Positions 1-9,729 of a DNA stretch of 51,043 nucleotides are shown here, in pieces. The stretch covers positions 1 to 51,043 of the forward strand of contig MCFE01000635.1 in assembly GCA_002104905.1 (NCBI GenBank), written 5' to 3'. The position numbers were made by a program, and so were the translations under genes. Origin of the DNA: Basidiobolus meristosporus CBS 931.73. Lineage: Eukaryota > Fungi > Basidiobolomycota. Each line of letters starts with the position of its first letter. Positions within the stretch are counted from its first letter, which is position 1. The notes under the pieces were generated by a model. It made no database searches. It was not told where the DNA came from and was given only the letters and a program-made list of their open reading frames with translations.

Positions 1-289
1 AGGATTCCCATGCTGCTTTGGAAGTATTTGAGGCATGGATTTGTCCAATGAAGGACTATTGCACATTGATGCATAGGCATTAAAGGCCTTTCTCTCCTTC
101 TCTTGAAGCTTCTCCACATCTTCTGCTGTTCCCCTGGGCTCAATTTCCTTTCCTGTTATTATGTTCCAAAGCTTTCTTTCCTCAAGATGGATCTGCATCT
201 TGATTCTTCAAAGTCTGTAGTTCTTCCCATCAAACCTCTCCTTTACAGGGAAGATGTTGGTATTGCTTTGTTTGCTAGTAGAAGTCATC
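1..289 (-). pseudogene. Ty1/Copia (family B) gag 5' end, decayed
   Basis: Minus-strand translation MTSTSKQSNTNIFPVKERFDGKNYRL*RIKMQIHLEEKKAL matches the Copia gag N-terminal F-x-G-x-NY-x-x-W-x-x-KM pattern; lies directly after PBS and LTR; homologous to 5590-5870. Confidence 0.8.
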
Positions 290-312
290 TTTAGAATAGA
301 TTAAGGCAATTG

Positions 313-324
313 GGGCTCATAACC
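313..324 (-). promoter_or_regulatory. Copia primer-binding site GGTTATGAGCCC (tRNAi-Met anticodon-arm type)
   Basis: Exact 12-mer abutting the LTR end at 325; same site at 5890-5901 and 21607-21618, and with one mismatch at 43044-43055. Confidence 0.85.
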
Positions 325-692
325 TGTTGCAATTTAAGAAGTGATTTGGATATAAGTAACTTATCAAGAAATAGTGATAATAGTTGAACTGTTTTTCATT
401 CATAAAGAAGCTCAGTATTTATACCTTTGTAGAAGTAATACAGCTGCAACACTAAGTAGGGAGGGTGTCTCAATATTTAGGAGCATTCTGTAACAGTTTC
501 AGGGTTAGTACATAATGTTTGGTAATAGTGCTAATTTGATCCTGACTTTAGGGGAATAATCATAAGATCATATATCCAGAGTAAGTGGCAAAGTTAAGGC
601 AGTAAATTAGTCCTACAGTGACCAAGACTAGTCCACAATTGTTAAGTAAATTTTTAGCTGCTGAATGATACCAAATAGTCCAATATTTCAAA
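325..692 (-). repeat. Copia family B 5' LTR (~365 bp); contains the empty MITE target site AAT at 514-516
   Basis: Homologous end to end with 5902-7005 once the MITE is removed, and with 7836-8012; TGTTG terminus next to the PBS. Confidence 0.75.
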
Positions 693-1019
693 TGTATACT
701 AATGGTATTTTGCTAGTATTCAGCTGGTGTTTTAGATTCAAAATTTCAAATGCAACTTCTGATGGAAGTAATGGGCAGCTAATTACCAAATTTTGAATCA
801 ATGCTAGCCTAGTCTCCTCCTGGAGAACTTGTTTGCTTGCCTGCCCATCAGCTAAGAACAGAGATATTGAGAGTTGTCAATTCTGAGAAACTTGGGATTC
901 AGCTGAGACTATGATGGTATTTAGCTGGCCTATTCTCAATTTTTTTTCTTAAGGCAAGTTGGTATTGGTGATCTGCTTCTGGATAAATATTCCTAAAATG
1001 CCCGCATTTGACCCCCAGT

Positions 1020-1780
1020 ATCTCCAATGAACTCTTAGTGTCAATGGCTTCAGAAGGCCACCTGAATCAAAACATATTAAGTACATCCAGTGTTTGCATT
1101 TGTATTGTTGCATATGCATATGAATATTAATCAGAGCCTGTGAGAGTACTTAGGGTAGCAGACACTCTGTAATATCTTGCCAATTCTTTCTAATTTCTTT
1201 GGTATCTCATAGGGCTCATTTAGCTTGAAATGCCCCATGTACAACTTGGACACTGTCATGTTTTTCAACTTTATTTGGTAGTAAAATTAGCCAAACAATA
1301 TTGTGATCCCATCATCAGACTGTGTAAAGGGTCATTGATTTCAAGCTGCCAGTATTATAGCAGTCTCCTGACAGCTGATCTTGATTGGATCCACCCACAA
1401 GAACAAACTATTATTCATCAGGCAGATGTGCTGGGAGATTGGAAGACAAGTCAAGTTGCAGGTACTACCATATTCCAATCTCATCAACAATGTTACCTTC
1501 AAGCTCATCATGGATATGATAGCCCTAACACGCAGGTAATCAGTTAAGTAATCCAAAGTGGGTTAGGTGCAACAAGCAGCAAATTCTTGTTAGGAATACA
1601 CTACCAAGGATTCCAGATTTCCCTTTGTCAAATACAAAATTCCAACATTATTCAGTATGAAATTCACACAAACAAGAGCCATAATCCACCTTTACGGGGG
1701 TTGAGAAGGGAGCAGGAAGTAGTAATATACTGGCTAAATGCCAAGAAGCTCTTTGCTGAGATTCAGGAGATACTATCTAA
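1020..1780. pseudogene. Scrambled CACTA transposase fragments (~1020-1260 minus, ~1425-1780 plus) with a Copia gag scrap (~1260-1420 minus)
   Basis: GGAAGACAAGTCAAGTTGCAGGTACTACC and neighbours match 27610-27640 and 41495-41525; 1260-1420 matches 42490-42610. Confidence 0.65.
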
Positions 1781-1784
1781 CAGA

Positions 1785-2091
1785 AAAAGTTTATTTTGTG
1801 GTATTCACCTAATAATTGATCAAATGTGAAAGTATAAATCAAGCTTTTTCATATTATTGGCAGGACCAGCATGTAGAATGTATCTGGAAAGGACCCAAGA
1901 ATATTTGTTCAGAGTTTGGGGTTGTGTAGACTACTATGAGAGTTTTCATGTTTTGGGTCCTAGGTGTTTTGATGAAAGTTTTTTTAGTCAATGCCACAAG
2001 GAACTTGTTTTGTGTCCCTAAGATTTGTAGGTAGTGGCTTAAGTGACTACACTTGGTGAATATTTAGGTGGAATTACAAACTTTTACAACA
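1785..2091 (-). repeat. Decayed Copia family A LTR
   Basis: Ends GGTGAATATTTAGGTGGAATTACAAACTTTTACAACA, as in 44775-45122; left boundary approximate. Confidence 0.7.
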
Positions 2092-2515
2092 CCAAGTATC
2101 AAAAAGTTCTTTGCACATATTTTTGAGGCATTCATGTCAAAAGTGGTGGCTACAGTTATTTATTTGTAGAATATATATGTTATGAGCTATACAAGGTATA
2201 TGGTAACTCAGCATATATAACACTGAAAGGATGTAAAGTCCAGTTAATAGAAGTGTGTAAATAACAGTAAGTGTGCATATGTAGAGGTTAGTAGGCAGGA
2301 TACCATAGTTATTTTTGATTCAAACTATATATGGAATACCCAAGGTGATAGTAGGTCAACACATACAGAGGGGTGATTATACAGTGGAATTTTTGAATGG
2401 TGCAAGGGGAGGTAGAAAAAGAAAATGCCATTTGATAAGCTGGCATGACATCATTTTACAGTGCTAACTGTAGGCTGCCTTATTGCCAATGGCCAATGAC
2501 TTGAGTGGCTTTCTC
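2092..2515 (+). pseudogene. CACTA 3' fragment
   Basis: Homologous to 39815-40220 and 41890-42290. Confidence 0.6.
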
Positions 2516-2519
2516 ATTG

Positions 2520-3312
2520 GAAATCTCACCAAATTTGGCATCCCAGCTTTTGATCAGCATCTGACTTTTGCCATCATACACTCTGTGCCCTTTAGTATCT
2601 CAACACTTCCCAAGAAGGATGCCTTTTCTACTCTTTGTTTCCAGAACTGAGTGTTGCTTGTCAGGTAAGTCACAAAAAACATCACTGCCAAAGATCCCAG
2701 GATGCTGTGATCTGGTTTGTTGTCTATATATGCTTTAAAATTGTATAGTGGTGTTATTGGGCATTAATTCTTGATATATACTGTAGTAGCAACAGATTCA
2801 GCCCAACACTTGTAGCACATTCCCTTATCATGTAGCATAAATCTTCCCATCTCTGCAATTACTCTATTTGCACATTCTGCTGATCCATTTTGCTGTGGGC
2901 CATGTGGAATAGTAGTCTGTTGAAGTATAACAGTCAATGAGCAGTACTTTACAAACTTCTTTGGGCAGTATTCCACCTCCCCATTGTGACTTTGAAGTAC
3001 CTTCAATCTACACCCAGTTTGCATTTCTTCCATGCTCATGAAGTTTTTAGACATTCTCAGAGCTTCATCCTTTGTCTTGAGGAAGTATACCCATGTATAT
3101 CTTGTCTTGTCATCAATAAACATTATCAAGTATCTTGTGGCACTAAAGGACAGTGCTTTTATAGGCCCAGTTATATATGAGTGCCAAACCAAAATCATCT
3201 AATGTTAATAACAATGTGCCAACTGATTTGGGTGTTAAACATCTTGGTAGTGTTAACATTAAATACAAATAACTCAAACAACCCTTTTCTATTCCTACCT
3301 CTGATACCAGGC
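2520..3312 (-). pseudogene. Ty1/Copia integrase fragment (gag-pre-integrase to post-integrase)
   Basis: ORF 2764-3198: YLIMFIDDKTRYTWVYFLKTK...QSHNGE...PQQNGSAECANR...WAESVATTVYIKN = rve core; downstream TKGHRVYD motif. Confidence 0.85.
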
Positions 3313-3811
3313 CTTTATCTTTGCCAACACCCCAAGCTTTGATTTTACACCTTTAGTCAACAAACTTTCCAGAATTGCTTATAACAAAGATGACTTTCTA
3401 AAATCTGCTTTTAACAGTTTAAATATTTTTTAGGTTGGTCAAACAAATGCATATCAAGAACTTTGCAACAGTGTTATTGTTTTAACTAAATACATTTCTG
3501 ACTTGGCTAATTAGGTAAATGCCATTTCAACTACTCCACCAGTTGTAAGCATTAGTGCTCCTTCATCATTGGCTCCCATTGAAACTGCTCCAGTTAATAA
3601 GGAACCTGGAGAAACTATTATCAAGGAAGTGGACCAAGTATTGGGTGATAAGAATGTTGTCATGATTATTTGTAAGAATGGCAAGCAAGACTTTGATAAA
3701 TTGGACAAGGAAGATATCCAAAAGATTATGGAAACTATTGGCAAAGATGACGTTTATGTTGCAAACTCTTTGTTTAGTGCTGTTACAAACGTTGCTGCCT
3801 TAAATAAATAA
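3311..3811 (+). pseudogene. Orphan ORF X (~165 codons, two in-frame TAG, 5'-truncated by Copia)
   Basis: The frame of track ORF 3569-3811 stays open upstream to ~3311 except TAG at 3431-3433 and 3512-3514: AFIFANTPSFDFTPLVNKLSRIAYNKDDFLKSAFNSLNIF*VGQTNAYQELCNSVIVLTKYISDLAN*VNAISTTPPVV...VAALNK. No recognisable domain. Confidence 0.55.
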
Positions 3812-3884
3812 TTGTTGTGTGCATGATCATATCAACTTTTGATTATTAGACTTTGTAAAAAGTGTTTTTTATCAGATGTTAATA

Positions 3885-4240
3885 TTTTAGATCAAACATA
3901 TCTTATATTAAACTTGAGTGTAAAAAACTTTTTTAAAACAAACTTATCTTGGATCAAACCTCAACGTCTAAACCTGTTTTAAAACAAACTTATCTTGGAT
4001 CAAACCTAAATGTCTAAACCTGTTTTAAAACAAACTAACTTATCTTAGATATAACTCATCTTGGATCGAACTAACTAACTTATCTCATACTAAACTTAAG
4101 CGTATAAAACATTTTTAAAACTAACTAACTCATCTCATATTAAACTTAAGCGTTTAAAGCTAACTAACTCATCTCATATTAAACTTGAGCGTATAAAACT
4201 TTTTAAAACTAACTAACTTATCTTGGATCAAACCTAAACT
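3885..4240. repeat. Modular AT-rich tandem repeat
   Basis: 46-bp unit twice (3931-3976, 3977-4022; 2 mismatches), then shuffled modules AACTAACT, TTATCTTGGATCAAACCT and CTCATATTAAACTTRAGCGTATAAAAC. Confidence 0.9.
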
Positions 4241-4319
4241 TCAACACCTAAAATACTTCTGTCTTCCATGCCCACACCTTTTAAAAAATAACTTCTTACC
4301 TTCTTCAACCATTCCCCAT

Positions 4320-5027
4320 TTAGGGATACCACATTATTGGCATTGTCTCCACCTCATATACCAACATCTCATTCATCCTTATAAATATATTCTCCTCCTC
4401 AAACTTTTTATCCAACCCATTCATATCCCCTATCTTCCCCACTTTTATCAAATACTTTGACCCTATGCAATCTGCTAAATTTATTGCATCCTTCCCTATT
4501 AATATTGTTACTATTCTCCCTCCCCTCTTCACATATATATACTTTAACAGCTCCCTTGTAAACTCTTCCCACAATATTCTATGATTTGCCAAAAATTTAT
4601 CACAATTCACCCCCATCGTAAATCCTACGTTTATCATAAACACCCACTGTGATACCCATTGTCTTAACATCTCTTTTGGCTATGGCATATCTACCTCATA
4701 CTCTAACCCTACTTTCTTTGCCATTAATATTGCCTCCATTGGATTCTTCCTACACTCCAATGACGGTATTAACTCTATCCCTGACGCATACTCTACCCCT
4801 GTCACATTACACACACTATTATACTGCTCTTTACACACTATTACCACCTTTATCTTATCCGGTTCCATCAGTCTTAACATCCTAAACACATTTTTCTTCT
4901 TTGGCAACACTTCCAATTTTGACTCTTTTAACATCTTTAATACTCTCCTCAGTATATCCATGTTCTTCTCAAAAGATTCTTCCCACCTTTTTATCATCAT
5001 GAATATTTCACCTACCAAATCTTCCAT
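4320..5027 (-). pseudogene. Uracil-DNA glycosylase (family 1 UNG)-fold gene, catalytic residues replaced, one premature TAG
   Basis: Track ORFs 4680-5048 and 4320-4670 are in the same frame, separated only by TAG 4682-4680 plus 3 codons; ATG at 5027 gives ~235 codons. UNG motifs in order: VLPKKKNVFRML, IKVVIVCKEQY, TGVEYAS, IPSL, QWVSQWVFMIN, NHRILWEEFTRELL, ILIGKDA, FIRMNEML..PIMW. Confidence 0.8.
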
Positions 5028-5148
5028 CCTTGATGACAAATATACCAAGCTTTACCTCTAAAAACTTATCAATAATGAGAATACCTCCGTTCTTGTTAAA
5101 AATAATATTATTTCTACCAACAAACAAAATCAAAACCTTTTTTATATA
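5008..5148 (-). CDS. 3' end of an orphan ORF Y overlapping the UNG-like start, 5'-truncated
   Basis: 46 open codons YIKKVLILFVGRNNIIFNKNGGILIIDKFLEVKLGIFVIKDGRFGR*; its TGA (5010-5008) lies just downstream of the UNG-like ATG; composition similar to that gene. Below the ORF-track length cut-off. Confidence 0.4.
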   Translation of the reverse strand, partial: YIKKVLILFVGRNNIIFNKNGGILIIDKFLEVKLGIFVIKDGRFGR

Positions 5149-5889
5149 CTAAATTCTGTCAAAAATTCCTTTATGCCAGCTCCTGAAATGTTGCCTAGCT
5201 TTTTTGCTATATGCACAACCCTTACATACATTCAATATGATTGAAACTGAGTAATATAAGCCAAGACAAATTGCTTTTTCACCAAATAGCTCATTTTCTA
5301 TCCCCCAATGCGTCTTAGCCTTCTATGGCATGTCTCCCTGTTTGTTTCCTCAGTTTCAGCAATGTAGACATACACAGGTACAATGATCTTGCATTGTAAC
5401 CTATGTATCTTTTCTTCATCATTTACACCAGCATTAATAAAGTAAAGTTCTTCTGGTAGTGGCTCCAATTGGGTAATAAGTGGTAGCATGTCATCATTTG
5501 GCTTCTTCCTCATGCTGAAGAACTTTTATTTCAATTAAAGCTTGCTTGATACTGACTTTGCTCTAAAGATCTACTTCAAGGACTCACATTTTGCGTTGGC
5601 AGTATTTGAAACATGGATTTATCCAATGAAGGGATCTTTCACATTGATACAAATGGCATTAAAGACCTTTCGCTCCTTCTCTTAAAACTTCTCCACTTCT
5701 TCTGCTGTTTCTATGGGCTTAACTTCTTTTCCTGCTACTATATTCTAAGTGTCCTTTCCTCAAGGTCAATCTGCATCCTAATTCTCCAAAGTCTGTAGTT
5801 CTTCTCATCAAACCTCTCCTTCACAGGGAAGGTGATTGCTTATTCTGTTTGCTGGTAGAAGCCATCTTTAGATTAGGCTAAGGCAATCA
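5149..5889 (-). pseudogene. Copia family B gag / gag-pre-integrase remnant with internal deletion
   Basis: Decayed KVFNAICINVKD...KFFSMRKKPNDDM (gag) joined to CHRRLRRIGG...GCAYSKKARQHF (WHRRLGH...CxxC). Confidence 0.7.
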
Positions 5890-5901
5890 GGGCTCATAAC
5901 C
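5890..5901 (-). promoter_or_regulatory. Copia PBS GGTTATGAGCCC
   Basis: Exact 12-mer abutting the LTR at 5902. Confidence 0.85.
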
Positions 5902-7005
5902 TGTTGCAATTTAAGAATTAATTTGCATAAAAGGAACTCATTAAGAAATATTGATAATAGTTGAACTGTTGTTTATCAATAAAGAAGCCCAGTATTTATA
6001 CCTTTGTTAGGGTAAAATCAATCCAACACTAAGTAAAGAGGGTTTCTCAATATTCCGTAGCATTCTGCAACAATTTCAGGGTTAGTACATAATAGACTTG
6101 TTCCGTTGGATGGTGCCACATTGAGCCATGAGTGCCAAATGATGCCATAGTGTGCCAGGGAGGCCAAATGAGCCTATACTTGGCCACTGAGTGTGAAACA
6201 GAGCTCAGCATCTTCATGCAAAGCTGCCCCTGTGTTTCACTCATGATGTAGCAGAAAATCCATTTTTTGACCTTTTTTTTTAGGTCAATGTAGTGCAGGA
6301 TGTGTAAGAGCACAGAAGAACTGAAGATATGCATCAGGTACGCAATACCCATGGCACTCTGAATCTAGCTCCTGTGGCTTGTAGCATGTCACAAAAATGC
6401 ATGGCACTATCTTGGTCCACTGGTACTATCTGGCACTCTATTTAATTATTAGCCCTAAAGTAAGATCTATACAAAGCAATTATAGTGCCAGCTAGTACCA
6501 GTGGACCAAGATAGTGCCATGCATTTTTGTGACATGCCACAAGCCACAGGAGCTAGATTCAGAGTGCCATGGGTATTGCGTACCTGATGCATGTCTTCAG
6601 TTCTTCTGTGCTCTTTCACATCTTGCACAACATTGATCCACAAAAAAACATCAAAAAATGGATTTTCTGCTACATCATAGGTGAAACACAGGGGCAGCTT
6701 TGCATGAAGATGCTAAGCTCTGTTTCACACTCTGTGGCCAAGTATAGGCTCATTTGGCCTCCCTGGCACACTATGGCATTATTTGGCACTCATGGCTCAA
6801 TGTGGCACTATCCAACAGAACAAGTCTAATGCTTGGTAAAAGTGCTAGTTCAATCTTGACCGTAGGCAACTAACAATACAACAATAGACTTGAAGAAAGT
6901 AGCAAAGTTAGGGCTGTAAGTTAGTCCTAATGTGAACATGACTAGTGCAAGTTTATTAAGTAAATTTAGATGCCAAATGATACCAAATAGTCCAATATTT
7001 CTACA
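5902..7005 (-). repeat. Copia family B LTR interrupted by a MITE; has a PPT upstream and a PBS downstream
   Basis: TG...CA ends; matches 325-692; preceded on the minus strand by RNase H end and purine tract (7016-7006), followed by PBS and gag. Confidence 0.75.
6094..6827. mobile_element. 734-bp palindromic MITE of the AGACTTGTTC (PHIS) family, TSD AAT
   Basis: AAT|AGACTTGTTC...GAACAAGTCT|AAT (6091-6093, 6828-6830); empty paralogous site with a single AAT at 514-516; ~345-bp inverted arms. Confidence 0.92.
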
Positions 7006-7300
7006 CTCTGCTCAACAAATAATTTCCTAATCCTAATTCCTCTTGGAGATTTTTACATTGTGGTCTGGCTAGTGGTTTTGTCAATATATCTGCCACCATT
7101 TTGTTGGTTGGGCAGTAACCTAACTCTACTGAGTTATTTTCTACAGCTTCCCTCACAAAGTGGTGCTGTATATGCATGCACTTAGTTCTGGCATGATTGG
7201 TAGGATTCCTGGTTATTGAGATACAACTTTGAATATCCTTGTAATTACACGATGGTTCATCTGAATTAAGTGATTTCTAAGAGCTGCTTATCCAAGACTA
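7006..7300 (-). pseudogene. Copia RNase H C-terminus plus decayed PPT
   Basis: RNPTNHARTKCMHIQHHFVREAVENNSVELGYCPTNKMVADILTKPLA. Confidence 0.85.
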
Positions 7301-7835
7301 ATTCAGGCAGCAGTAAGCAGTAGACAAAGGATAACTGAATATCTGGAAAGTTAGAGTGTGAGCATTAACATGAAGGATACAAGCTATGAGTAACTCCGTC
7401 TTGATTTTGCTGGTATACTTCACTGATGTCATTACCATTTCTACAACTCCAGCATGTCAGCACACCTCCACACAAACTACGCTAACCTCCTTCATAATAG
7501 CACCACACACCAAATCAACATACTCAGCTCAAAGTAAAGCTATCAGAATTCATCAAACTGCACATTTACACACTGGTCCCCTGAAGAGTCCCAGGTCACA
7601 TTTGCATATGGCATCCCGGCAGAGTTAGCAAAGGGCCATGCCCAAATATCATGTTGTTCCTGCACATGCTGTTACACCAGACCATCAGCATGTTGCTTCT
7701 GGTAAGCTTACTGATCAAGGCACATCCAAGAACCTTAACTGCAGGAGCCTTTAGTAGGAACAGAAACTCATCAGCAAGTGACACTCCAGGCTGGATCTAT
7801 AAATCATTTGGTTCAGTCCAGCATGATCAAGATTT

Positions 7836-8012
7836 TGTTGAAATATTGGACTATATGGTATTATTCAGCAGCTAAAAATATATTTAACAATTCAGGACTA
7901 GTCTTATTCACCGCAGGACACATTTGCATCCATAACTTTGCCACTCTCTCAGATCTATGATCTTATGATTATTCCCCAATTGTCTAAAGCAAATTAGCAA
8001 TTTTCAAACAAT
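7836..8012 (+). repeat. Partial Copia family B LTR
   Basis: TGTTGAAATATTGGACTA... is the reverse complement of the 325-692 and 6828-7005 LTR end. Confidence 0.75.
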
Positions 8013-8118
8013 AGACATGTTCTGTTGGATAGTGCCACATTGGGCCATGACTTCCAAGTAGCGCCATTGTGAGCCAAAAAGGCGTAGCAGATCTAAACTT
8101 GGTCTCAGAATGTGAGTT
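8013..8118 (+). mobile_element. AGACTTGTTC-family MITE end, truncated by the old Gypsy LTR
   Basis: AAT|AGACATGTTCTGTTGGATAGTGCCAC; closer to the 20420-20524 arm than to the 6720-6827 arm. Confidence 0.8.
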
Positions 8119-9360
8119 TGTTTTGATCTACCACTTGAATGTTTAAGTTAGATTTGTTTTTAGTCAAAAGGACAATGATACACTCAAATAAGTCATCAGC
8201 CACAGCCTACATCAGGAAATACAATTAATTGGCAATTGATCTGGCAAAATGTATATAAGGAGCTGCTGGAACCTCAATAAAAATCAGTTCAAGTTTTAGT
8301 GAATACAATACTAGCTAAGCTCTCTATGCCTCTACAACTCTTATATCAAGACTTGTAACATTGATAGCAGCAATAACCAGAAACCTTCTCCTGAAGTAAG
8401 AAGAAGCCTCCCTCAAGATGTCCAAAAATCAAGAATGAAAGAGTCCTATGCAACAAATCCTGGCTCAGCAGCAACAGCTACTCCAGATCCTTAGCCAGCA
8501 GCAACAAGGAATGACTACCATGGCCCAAAGCCAGCAAAATCCTGTCAAGTGCAACATTAGTGTGAAGGTCAACCAGTATCATGGTGGAGTCAACAAAAAT
8601 CTGGGAACTTGGCTCTTCCAGATTGAAGACACTTCTGAGGCTAAGGGAATTGCTCCAGAAAGCAAGTTATATTATGCAGCCTCTTACCTGGCAGATGCAG
8701 CTTTTCAGTGGTACCATAACAAGATCAGTTTGGCCACCTTAATGCAATGCTCTACAATCTCTACCTGGGATGAGTTTATGTTGGAAATTCAAGATGCCTT
8801 TAAGCCCCCTCACCAACAGACACTACTAAGAAGAAAGTTGAAGACAGTAAGGATGAAGTTCAATGACTATGAAGAAGATCTACAGGCCTATATATTTGGA
8901 AACTACAGTATGACCTTGTACTTAGGAAAACCTTGCTATTTGTTGTAATCCATTAATTAACTGGAGAACCCATGCTACTCAGATCCAGAAGGACAACAAG
9001 ACCTATGAGCTATTACCTGCCAGGCTGGATTTTAACTTGATCAATTCCAGTGTGTGTGAAACAAGTGAGCATAGTAAGACACAGTTCTGTAGTGCACTAC
9101 GAAAAGGCACCCAGATGTTCCTCATGGCAGTATAACAGGAGGTTCCTCTACTCTAGCACCCCAGAAGGTCCAGACTCTTTTGAAGGAATATTCAGATGTA
9201 TTTCCTGATAAGCTTGTAAGCCTGTTACCAGTCAGGGGCAAAGATCATGCCATTGAAACAGGAGATAGCCCTCCAGTAAGTAAAATATCTTACAGAGAGA
9301 GTCCATTGCATTGGAAGAGATGAAGAGACAAATAGATCAGTTACTGGTGCAAGGATATAT

Positions 9361-9728
9361 TGTTATGATCTGCCGCTTGAATGTTTAAGTTAGATCAGTT
9401 TTTAGTCAAATCAATTAGTATATGTTTAGGTTATCAGTATATCAGTATTATCTATGAAATCAGTAGCATTAGTCAGCAAATGAATCAGCAGATCCTTATC
9501 AGACAGAAAAAGATATATTAAGTAGGATCTTATTGGGTGATGATGATGCAATCAAATGAGTCATCAGCCACAACCTACATTAGGAAATACAATTAGTCAG
9601 CAATTGATCTGGCAAAATGTATATAAGGAGCTGCTGGAACCTCAATAAAAATCAGTTCAAGTTTTAGTGAATACAATACTAGCTAAACTCCCTATTCCTC
9701 TACAACTCTTATACCAAGACTTGTAACA
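9361..9728 (+). repeat. Gypsy 5' LTR (TGTTA...TAACA); TATA and AATAAA present
   Basis: Appears identical to 13931-14298. Confidence 0.97.
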
Positions 9729-9729
9729 T

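Noticed and set aside
3299-3309. TGGTATCAGAG (minus) as a plant-type tRNAi-Met PBS
   Set aside because: No adjacent LTR; it falls in Copia gag-pre-integrase coding sequence (GLVSEVGI). The similar 9-mer at ~18905 is also not next to an LTR.
3885-4240. CRISPR-like array
   Set aside because: No unique spacers (the intervening sequences are themselves repeats), no cas genes, eukaryotic context.
3431-4682. All three internal stops in the island ORFs are TAG while the terminal stops are TAA, suggesting TAG read as Gln
   Set aside because: Only three cases; the same CAR-to-TAR decay occurs in neighbouring TE pseudogenes; the intact 1377-codon Gypsy has no internal TAR and ends in TAG. Would be revived only if independent island copies share the TAGs.
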